Assembly (NCBI GenBank): GCA_040954595.2 | Contig: CM082583.2 | Coordinates: 13,426,291 to 13,490,290 of the forward strand | Length of the DNA stretch: 64,000 nt | From: Balanoglossus misakiensis | Taxonomy: Eukaryota; Animalia; Hemichordata | Reading direction: 5' to 3' | Part shown: piece by piece, positions 26,890 to 38,500 of the stretch | Layout: each line of letters starts with the position of its first letter | Numbering within the stretch: the stretch's first letter is position 1 | Position numbers and translations under genes: made by a program | The notes under the pieces: model-generated | Databases searched by the model: none | What the model saw: only the letters and a program-made list of their open reading frames with translations | Told to the model about the DNA's origin: nothing

Positions 26890-26914
26890 ATGGCATCGAC
26901 AGAACGATCTAAAG
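26890..26914 (+). CDS. CNTLN: CNTLN exon 1 (MASTERSK)
   Basis: aagATGG...AAAG|gtaagt; phase 1 fits exon 2. Confidence 0.7.
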
Positions 26915-29900
26915 GTAAGTTACTACGTGTGGCACACGCTGATCTTTCTCATCAAGCGAACTCCAGGACGTTTACAGGTGATGTAACCCATGACCTCAAA
27001 CACCAGGGTGGCTACCATTTTCGCAGCCAGTCATGTAGTCCGCTGTCACAGAATGGTACGTTTATCACGAGTGTTGTAGACACTAGAGCTGTAATGACGC
27101 TATTAATTTTTCAACCGACAGTGCTGTTTGTCATTACAGCGACTAGAGCGAGCGATTTATCGTGATCCTGTGTCCTGCGACTCAATTTGTCATAGCCACC
27201 TGGCAGCAGTTGACTCCATTTTACTGCTTTACACTGCACTCTATCCAATAACACTAAATGAACCATTAGGTCAAAGATCCCAGAAATAAAGGGGATGTTA
27301 AAAATACTGTGAAACGAAATGATTTAAGTATATGTCATTGTTCAGAAATATATTTTCCTTTCAAGATTTTCATTATGTGCCAGAGATGCAATAATATTGT
27401 CTGATTGTAAAGGGTGCAACAGTATAGCAGAAAGGGCCAAGGTTTAATCATAAACAAAAAAAGCTGACACAGTCTTCTAACTTACACATTTATTTCTTCA
27501 TTCATTGTGATTTATATCACACTGAGTTTCACCCGGAAAACATGAGTCATTGCTGGGCAACATGAGATATTTATGTCTGAATATTCATAGAGAAAAGCAA
27601 AAGAATTTATGTAATAAATATCAGTTTATACATTTTTGTTATAATTACAAGTAGTAAGTGAGCAAATTTACATTTGTGCAAATGAGGTTTCTGACTTTTC
27701 ACTGAACTTATAATTTGACAGTTGGCTATTTTCTACATCCGTGCATCCTTGTTGCATTTTTGTTACTGGATTAGTGGATAATAAAATAATGATAAAAAAC
27801 TAGACTACTTGTCTTGTTTGTGTTGTACTGTCATTGCTTGCCTGGCTATCATGCCAGCATTCACTACTAGCCACAGTTGCAAGGATATGGTGATAACTGA
27901 TATCCAATTATCTAAAAAGTTATGGGATTGTTAATGTACTATTCTATATCAGAATGCGTAAATTTATAAGGGAGGACGTGTGATCAAACAAAAGGATGTT
28001 TTAAAAGATTTTTCCAAAAAAATATATATATTTTTTCACATTCAACAAAGCTTTACAAAAATGCCATTTTTTCACTGACTTTCACGTAATGGTGTCACTG
28101 TGTGTATGAGACTACTTGAAACAGATGACACCCCTGTAGCAATATCATTTACAAACAGTCCCAATTGTAGAATTTTCATCATAGCCATGGCTAACCTACA
28201 GCTGTACATTCATAAGCTGCAGGTCAGTGAAAGTGCAGCACATTAGCAGAGTGACTTGTGATTTGTTGAACTGTGGGTTGGCAATGTAACAGATGATAAT
28301 GTCAAGCCAGCCCATGTGCCTTGATTGGTTGGTTGAAAATCAGTCATCTGACAATTTGCATAATGCTGACAAAACAGTCTGTCTCGGTGTTGAATCAGTA
28401 GCATTTAGATAGAAACCTTTGCCAGCCATTTCTCACAAACTTTGGACCAGTCAAAGTGTAACCTACATTGTACATGTACAGTCACTCATCCCCGTTGTAA
28501 CTTTCAGCTATTTCTTCAGTATTTGTCTCCCTAGTGTATCAACTCTGTTTTCTTGTTCTTACTCTGAATAGCTTTATGAAATGTTCAGTTCTCAACAAAG
28601 CTTGTATATGAGTAACATCCATTGTTATTATTGACAAATGAATTCAAGTCAGGACTTAAATTCAATTTTCAACAATAACAATGCTGGTTAATAGAAAAGG
28701 GTTGTGTTTAAAAATCAAATACTTTGCAATTTTTTATGTTTTCCAGAGTAGAATAAGAAATCACATTGTACTTAAAATTAAGTTTTCAAGCTCACCTTCC
28801 TGTATCCAAACATCTGAAAATCATGAGTCGAGTTTCCATTTGCGAGAAAATCTAGCCAGCTAAGAAAAAACTCCAATGAAGCATTTCAGAATTTTCTGTA
28901 GTTTTATGAAAGCTTCAAAAAGTCTTTCTTTGTAAGATGAATGAACTAAAACTGGCTAAGATCAGCATGGATGTCACAGTACACATCTGCATGTACCTGG
29001 GTGTTGGCTGAAGTAGATGTATAGAGTGACCTTCCACTGCTTATGACAGTTTTGTCTATTTGTCAGCTGACTTTTAACGACAATCATAAGATAACCACTG
29101 CAGATATTTGTTTGTAACTTGCTGTGACACTGTGCATGTCAGGTTATCAGATGTTTCGATAGCTCATGTCCTGATAAAGAGGTCTGTTGATTTTGTAGCT
29201 GTTACTCTAGAGTTCAATTGGTTTTATGCTTGTTCATTTTTTGACTTTGTGCCAGTCACTACATGTATCTGAAGTAGACAAGCAGAACATTTAATTTCCA
29301 AACAGAATGTTGCTAGTGCATAGATACTGACATTGTGGAGCATCTTAGTCATGAAAGTTGTCAAAAGTTTATGTAGAAATATGGAAGCCTTGTCTTTTAA
29401 TAGATTTCTTTTGTTTTTCATTTATTAATCCTTCCAGGATAAGTCCAGAATGGTTCAATAGGTTTGGTTTGTGCATCTCTAGTCATCACCATGACTATTT
29501 GCCTAGTACCTAGCCGTATTTTGTCCGCTGTTTTGGAAGCAAAGCGGACAAAATATGGCTAGGTACTTAGGCTACATGACTATTGACATGTCTGAACCTT
29601 GTCAGTATTGGCTGCTAGGTCACTTGTCAAAAAAAGTTACCAAAAAAGTCATGAAAGGAGACAGATGACATTTTTTATTTAACTTTTAATACACAGAGGA
29701 GCCAGGAGCGCAGCAGTGGTCATGTATAAACAAATGACAGCTTCTATGTATGTATATAAAATGGCAAGTATTATAGGCAAATGGGATTTGTTTGTTGTTT
29801 TATTGCTATGTTCATAACCAAACAATGTCTGCTTCCAGTCAAAATGTGCAATGAAGTAGAAATGAAATGTGATGAAATTTCATTGCATGTGGAAAAGTTC

Positions 29901-32535
29901 TGAAAGAGATAGTGTCTAGGAAGCTGTATGTCCAAATTTGACCATGTTGACAGATGTATGCTTTTTTTGTTTATGTTAGGTGCTATGCAGGTTATCAGTG
30001 TCTGTCATTCTTTCATTAAAGATACACTGTGGTGGTTTGAAACTGATCAGATTTGTAAAACCAGGAAGATTAATTCCATCCAGGGTGGCATGAGTTATTG
30101 CTTCTGACATGATGGACCTTATGCATGAGCACAGCAAGGATTGTTCCAGGGGCACTGCTCTCGTGGCACTGTGCATCTAGGGTACATCATGTACATCATG
30201 GAGGATAACGTGTCTTTCAGAAATGTCTGACAGATTTATTCCTTTAATTGTTGGCTGAGTTTTGATACCTTGGAAACGGGAAACTTCTGTTTAATATTCA
30301 ATTGGACTGACTTAGTGGAAAGGACTCCCAAATTCCAAATTAGGAATTTGATATCTATGGCATACAGATTCAGTATATCTGTGTATGTATTCTGAAAAGC
30401 TTTGCTATATACACCAATCATACCCGGTACATACAATGAATGCATGCATTTACATGTAAGTACACAGACATACAGACAGACACTGACAAACAGATACACC
30501 TACCCTAGCCAGACAGCACCCACACCCTGGCTAGTCTACACACACACAGAGGATTGGCTGATAGTGTCGATGACAGATAAAGTGTGAAACCTTGCATTCA
30601 GAAATAAGATCAGTTCTGCTTGAAAGTAGTGTATGAAAGCTAGCGGAGACTGATTGCTCCCCAGATAGTTGTACTGGCTGATCCGAGGGTCTGTTGGGAG
30701 ACATTTCCAAACAGCAGTGTGTACATAAGATGTGTAAATTTCATACATGTGTTGATACTATGATTAACCCGACATCACCTCTATTTTGTAAATGTTGGCA
30801 GCATTTGGCGGCAGTATGAATCAAGATCTGGGAGACAGCCCAGCTACAGTTCACTAGCAAATGACCTAACATGTGCATGCTAAGCACCTCTTCCTGGCTC
30901 AGTTTTTTCTAGCTAAAGCTCCAAAGCCAAAGTTTAAACACTACAGGTAATTGGACATGCTCTCCACTTGGGGACAAGCCCCAGTTGAAGGTGCTGGGTC
31001 ACTGCCTGTTATTTTATTCTCAATTTTAAAAATTTATGAGGGTATTGAACACCAATCAGAATCCAAGGTCTTTGCTGGTATTCATAAAAATAACCTTGCT
31101 TGTACATTGTAGAAATAAAATTTCTGAAGACATTCTGTTGGATACAAAAAGGCAAATTTCTGATAGGTAGTACCAGTAGTTACTAAGTATTGGTAAACAT
31201 TTAATGAAGAAAAAAGGCTTTTGGTGTTGTGGCAACCATCTGTGTCAAACGCCCTAAATGAATCATGCTCACAAATTCATCACAAATAACCCATATAATT
31301 GCTTTGTTCATTTAACCATTAGGGCCCAATTATAAACAATCAATAAATAAAATCATACATCAGTCTCGCCCCCCCCCCCCCCAATGTGGACAGGTGTGCA
31401 CTTCACAGACTTTAATTCTCTCAGAAAATTACTTGTCAATTTAGACGTTTATTAAGATACATCATCTGCATGTAAGGTGTTGAATTTGTATGATGCCAGT
31501 TTATTGGTATTTTGATTTTGATTAACCGAACATGTCTCATTATTATTTTTATTTGTCTATCATCAGTTAACTTTGACGTTTATTACAAAGCTGTTTCACA
31601 CGTTTCTTTATAAACTCCAACAATAAGAAATGCAAACAAAGACAAGCACAAACTTCAAAAATTAAAAATGATATACTACTGAATATGAATAAGTGGAGAC
31701 TTCATCATTGTAACTGTGCAGATGGAAAATGGTGCAAAGATCTAAAAAGATTTAAAGCAGTAAAGATTTTCATCTTAAGAAGAAAAGAAGCCTGATTCAT
31801 CAATTTCATAATACAGGGTAAAGGTCAAACACCATGTATTAAATTGATTACATAGACCTAGAAGTACTTTGTCAGTTCGTAATGAAAAATATGACATCAT
31901 CATATCTTTAATTTGTGGGAAGATTTATAATGAAAAGATCATGCTGCATTTTTCACGTAGTGAGTCTTACCACATTGAGTATGAAGACTTTGAAACAGTT
32001 CAATTGAAACCATGACTGCTAAAATAAAAATATCATTCTGCAGTTTCCCTGTTGAGGATTTCCCAGAAACATAATAAATCATGAAATAATTTTGAAAAAA
32101 AACCAATGATTCATGTGATAAGTTGACTTTGGTGTCACAGCAAGATGACAAATAAGATGACAAATTAACTTCTTATGGATATAGGTTCAATCAATTTTCA
32201 TACACCCAAAGATGATCCAACAAAACACAGGCACCACATAATATTAAAGTCTGACAGCTCGTGCTTTCTTAGGCAAGTATTTTCCCAAATGTGTGTTGTA
32301 TTCAAAAGTATTACCCCCAGCATTATTCAGGAACAACTGTTTCAATAAAATTCAAATACATGTATGTATAATTATTATAGCTATCATTACAAGCACTGGG
32401 AGAATAGATTTGTGAAGACAGCCAATTCAACATGTTTCAGTAATCATAACAACATACAGTAGTCAGTGTTCCACAAGAAAGCAAACAACAGGCAGGGACT
32501 GCTTAATCCCATGTTTATGATTATTACTTTTATCA

Positions 32536-32571
<36 letters not shown>

Positions 32572-35500
32572 CATGTAGCTCTAGTGAAAAGAATAAACTA
32601 CAAAACAAACTGGAGCAAGCAATGAATATTCCTGACCCAACCCTCTGATACCACATATTGTCACATATCAATTTTGTTCAGAGTCTGGGACAGTGTTAAG
32701 GTCACCCTGCTCATTGATTGGCCATAGCAGATGAAGATATATTAATTTCACCCAGTTTTGAATTATTACATTAATGTAATTACCAAGTTTGAAAAGATCG
32801 TGTATCCCCTGACCACATCATGCAGGCAAAATCTCCAGAAACAGACGAACATAGCCTTTGCCACCGGTGTAAATAATTTTGAAAAGTTTACCGAGAATTA
32901 AGAAACAGCCAGGGCAACCTGTATGTGTGAGGTGACTAAGTTCATGATAATGATATATATGATAAAGGACTAGATGCGCATTACTTTAATTACTACATGC
33001 AATAAACGTAATTAAATTCAAAGCAATTATCCAGCGATGCTCACCAGAAATGTTGTTGGATTGACCTGTTATACATGAGCACTTCATTTTCCTGTTGCAA
33101 TGTTCTCAAAACACTATGACAAATACTCACATTTTGTGGGCAAGTTTACCGCCTGAATTTTGTATAAAGGCAGCACTCACTGGACTGATCGGAGAACCAA
33201 GGGAATAAAAATAAAATAAAAATGTATATCTTGTGCTGGAATGGTAGGTGTATTCATCTCACGTTGACTGTGAGTCGTTGGAAGTTACCTCCTCAGGGCA
33301 TGAAAGGGACAACAGAGAAAAGCTTTTAAACCAGCCCTGTGACTAAAATACTAGCTGAGTTCTGATAAGACTGTTGCCATGGTAACTGACCCAGCACAGT
33401 GAGAGGGTTCAGTATGACTGGGAGATGATGAATGTTATCTGGGTTTCACGTATTAAGGAACGCCAATGATGAAATATATGAATTTGATACTAGGATCGTG
33501 AACTGAAAGTCATTTAGAAAAGAAAGATGAAGTCATGAGATTTCATTTAGAAGCCATTCCCATGGGACGACATCATTAGAATGAAATATGAAATCAGACA
33601 GGCTTGGCCTCAGCACTGATTCATGAAAACGATGGAGTGACACTACTACTTTATCATCAAACTATCTTAGAATTCTATCCTGAAACTTGCAATCCCACAA
33701 AAAGGAGGGATATAGAAAACTAACTCTTTCTTATTACTGATGGTTTATTTAAAGCAGGGGAGATTTTATTCCCTGTGAATCGGACAGTGTTTCAAAATTC
33801 TGCATGCCACAGTGTTGTTTTGACAGTAGTGGCTATTTATGTGATCTATAAGCCACCAGTGTTTCCAATCAGGCTATTGCCACAGGACACTGTGTAGATT
33901 CAAATTGCCTTAATACGATAATATTTCCCAACAGAATTCAGGCTCTCTTTAGGAATTCCCCAGACACTGCAATATTTGGACACTTATTCAGACGGCATTT
34001 ATGTGCAATGAAATCTGAAAAATTGCAGTGAAATGGTTGATTATAGCACATGGTATCCCTGTCAATGTTGAGATTACTACTCTTATAGTGTTTTATAATT
34101 CCTTCATTGCCAACTTGCAGTGAGGTTCATTTCATCTCCTTTACACTCACATTTCTCTCTCTCTCTTTTTTTTTGTCACTTTCAGATGCAGAAATCTCAC
34201 GATTGAGAGCCGAAAATCATGCACTAGCAGATGAGTTAGCCCAGTGTCAGGTATCAAAATTAATCTGCTTAAGGGTGAAATCAGAGACATAAAAAATAAT
34301 GACAGTACTTGGACAGTCTAATCATTCAGACATTCTCCTGGGATACAAACTTCCCATCATGCATTGTAATCATGTGTCTTGCATACCTTTTTGGCGCTCA
34401 AAAACCAAACTTTCTCCCAAAACAAAACCTTGCAAGCTGCAGAATGAAACATCATTGTTTGCAAGTTTTGAAATTCTTAGGGTTCTATAATGTTTTCTCT
34501 TTTCTTTTTATTATTTTTACTAATTGTTTGTGATCTTTTGTATTGTACAGTGTGTATATCATCTATTTTCAGGTTTATATTAACACCATTGTCATTTTGA
34601 CAAAATGTATATTTGATTTCATTTCAAGTCCTGTGTCCTGTGCAGCACATAGACAGTGCTTTAAACCTTTGAACTTTTTAACGGAATTGATCACACCAAT
34701 ATCAACAGATAACTATAAGGACAGTTCGAGTTTCTATGCTTCCATATACACCAGGTTTTATTTAGATCAAAACAGGGACTGTGTCATCGACAATGACTTG
34801 TTCACAGTACATTTGTTGTATTGACACATAGTGTCATTTGTAAGTCATTACTCAGAGAGTGACACTTCATCCAACTTCTTCTAAAATGCATTTAAGCTTA
34901 TGTAGAATGCTGTGTCTGCCAAACACCAAACTCCAAGAGATTTATACTTTATTTTAGCGTTCATTATTCGCAAAGATTTTTTTTCCATCTGTGTTTATGC
35001 CCCAGGCTGATAAAGAGTTTGTTTGGTCACTATGGAAACGACTACAGGTGGCATCTCCAGACATGACACAGGCTATCAGTCTGGTTGTACAAAGGTAGGT
35101 GTGCTATGGTTCCTCTTCGCAGTCACATTGAAATAAGTCGATATCTTAAGTTGAAATGACAGTGTATGGGGTTTGCAAGACACAGCTGCATCACTGGGAT
35201 ATCCTTTCACCGTTTCCCCCTGTGAGATGACTTGTGTGTAGAGCCCCCTCCGGCAGTAGAACTTGTGTACAGAGCAGCCGACAGATTATAACTGACAATG
35301 CAAACCCAAATCAATGCCCTTTGACCTTGCATTGAAAGCGTATCAGTCCCAAAGTGGGGAAATGGACAAAGACAAGGAATATGACTGCAGGCATATACTT
35401 AGATCAGCTAGCACAAGACTTTCGCAGGACATCACCTGGGACATCTGTGCTGTGAATCCTTTCTGAATAACTTCTGAAAAACTTTTGCACTTCTACTTTT

Positions 35501-38500
35501 GTCATGAGAGTGGAACCAAACTTTATGGAAGACACAGACATTGATCCAGTTATTCATTACAGAAACCTTTTTCAATAAAAACAAGATCAGCAAGAGTTAT
35601 TGGTATCTGGAACATCAGTCTTCTCATTGGTGAAAAGGAGTATGACTTCAGTATTGATAACATCAATATATTACTGGTTGACACATGTGCCTATCACTAA
35701 GATATCGGTAGTGGAAAAGTTGGCAGTGTGGTCCAACGATACTTTAATGCATAATGACATTTGGCTGGACTTTTTCTCTCACATGGCTATTTATGTAAGC
35801 TAATCTCGCATAGGTGAGATTTTACATCTTTGAAGCTGTATCTGTTTGTGTCAGGAAATTTAGTAGAGGTAAAATTTAATTGGTGGAGTTTAGTGTAGCG
35901 TGGTTGATTTCCTCGGTGCAGTTTACCTCTGACGTCAAGTTGTCATCACTCATTGAATGAGGATTATCAGTTTGAAAGGAACCTTTAGCGGGACTATACA
36001 AGTAGGCATCATGTGAGAGCCAGGCACCCACCACTGGGAACATGCCGCTCTTAGAAAGAAAAGCAGCCAAATGACTAGTGTAACAAACCTCTGTAATTGA
36101 CTTTTACACCAGGGAACACCGGCCACTTCTCAAATTTGAAAAGCACACATAACGGGAAAACCCCAAAGACTGACAAAGAATTGAGCCAGGGATATGCAAA
36201 GACAAATTATCACTCTCCCAGTTGTAAGCATACAGATATTACAGTTGTAAATCTATGTTTTCAGGGGAAATATACTGGAAATTGTTTCCATTCAGCGGAT
36301 CTCTTGGGGCTGTCTTGAAAATGATGATATATCAATGAGAAAATTAGCCTCTTTATGCTGTCATCAGGACTTAAGTTCAGCACTTAGAGTCATCAGATTG
36401 GAAATCCACTCGATTTACAGTTGCCAATCGCTGAGATTTATTTTATTCTCTTGTCATTGCAGGGAGAAAGAAAAGGCCGAAATTAAGGACAAGAAAGTCT
36501 TGGAAATCTTACAGATCAAAGACGACAGAATAAGTGAATTAGAGAAGGTATCTAAAATAGCCATTGATACATTGTTGTCATATAACTCTGTTGTGTGTGT
36601 TACCTCAGTGAGGCAGTCTCATCAGTGAAAACCACCTACATATATTTCCCAGGCATTTTAACAACTTGTTTGTTGAAAAAAAGGCAAGAATGACTGATGA
36701 CTTGTCAAAATCTTACATTTGCTGCCACATTCTCTAATCAGGAGTTTTCCAGGTGTTGTCAGATTTTCTTCTTATCTAAGATTACAAGAATGACAAATAG
36801 TGCAGCACTATGACTATATATAAACTTCCCTCTTGGCACTGTTTGGTGCCAAGTGTGCACTGCAGTTGCCATTTAACTCTGCCAGAGATCAGCACCAATG
36901 GCACTGTTGCTCCCACTCTGCTTATGGTGCTGTGATTGTGGCTCCTGCTTCCCAGTATGTTAGTGCAGTTTGCATCACAGATGTCATTCTTGTCACTATG
37001 TTTGAGGTTCTTCTTGTCCACTGCAGTATAGATGATTCCTTTTATGTATTTTGTTTGGCCAGCGTGTCAGACATGTGAAAACCACAGAGGCATATCATCT
37101 TGTGGTCAAATGAACAAAAAAAAATATGCACGTCAAAGGAACGTGTTAATCCATGTGTACTGCATTCACATGACCTCTAAAGTGTCTGGTCTCTACCTTA
37201 AACTCTGAGAAGAAATTTAAGTTTTATATAAAATTCAAACATAAAGTGAAATGAAAACCATTAATTTCATTTTTTGCCTGTTCTGCAATGTTAATTGAAA
37301 GTGCACAGCACAGAAATTACACTTACACTTACACTTATCCCCAGAATCAGACTGATGTAATAAGTTGTGTATACAAATTACTGAGTGTGAATTTTGTATC
37401 TTATTTGCATAATTAAATTTGTAGTCCTACAATTTTTATGCGACCTCTGTGTAGAATCAGATGGCAGGATGTAAACCATAGCAATATTCTTAGAAAGGTT
37501 GCATTTGTGCAAAATTCCTTCAAATGCCAGAACTGTCTGGAAATATTCCTGTAGATTAATTTGAGACCTTGTTGATAAAATATGCTTTCAACTATTATTA
37601 TAACAGGCATTTCAAGAAATGCCTATGAAAATGTAAAATGAATATGCCTGACTCAGAGCACTTCTCCACAGGTCGAATTGTTTGGTGTTTTAACCTTTCG
37701 GCACTGCTCCTTTCATATTGAAAAATAAAAATGGTTGAAAAGAAATACAGCCCGTGGGTATCCATTTTGAAAGAGCAATTCCGGTCTTGCTCATAGCTGC
37801 ATTAATACGAGTGTATGTTTCCGAGGGGAAAAAGAGATTCCATGTTGAGTATATGTGAATATTACTCTGTGTTTTGGCCCCAGAAGAACTCAATATCTAT
37901 ATATAACACCATGCAGAGTTGTGAGTCAGTGGATCTCTTGCTATCAAGACCTAGGTAGTGGCCATTCTTGATTGATACATGCCCTGAGGTGCTTTTTCAA
38001 CAATCTCAATGTAATTTGGGTTGGCTCTCTGCTTGTCACATTTCCCAGGAGTCTTACTCTCTGAGAGCTTGTTTGTGTTGCCCAGATTGTTGATCAATGA
38101 GTTTACCATGCATGAAATCATCCTTCTATCAATGCATACATATTAAGAGATTGCATGACTTGCTCTGTCGACTCGCCTCGCTTTGCTTGATTTTTTTTTT
38201 CATCTTTCTCTGTGCTTCACCTCATCTCAGTCTGCCCCTTCAGTTGTCCCATCATGCATTTATTCCCATCCATAATACAGCACTGCATGAAGATATAACT
38301 GTCTTTTAAGTCATATATTTCTGTGTGTATATAAATTTCATTTCAGTATGGGAGTAATAGATATTTCAGTAAATTTCTTTCATATATTTTATATTTATCA
38401 AGTATGTTGTAAATGTACTACACCATGTATTACGATGAAATGTAGCACTTTACTGAGATGGCTTAACATACTTACCTTGAAAGATTTGAGTACTATAAAA

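Larger units (their letters stand above)
25390..27180. promoter_or_regulatory. CpG-rich island / putative bidirectional promoter of BNC2-like and CNTLN
   Basis: CG dinucleotides are visibly dense here against a CpG-poor background. The island contains both divergent start codons (26300 and 26890), each within a YY1-type AANATGGC motif. Boundaries are estimated by eye. Confidence 0.75.

Noticed and set aside
30505-30534. 8-bp inverted repeat CTAGCCAG/CTGGCTAG resembling the 29.5-kb hairpin ends
   Set aside because: Too short, with no target duplication, so it cannot be separated from chance.
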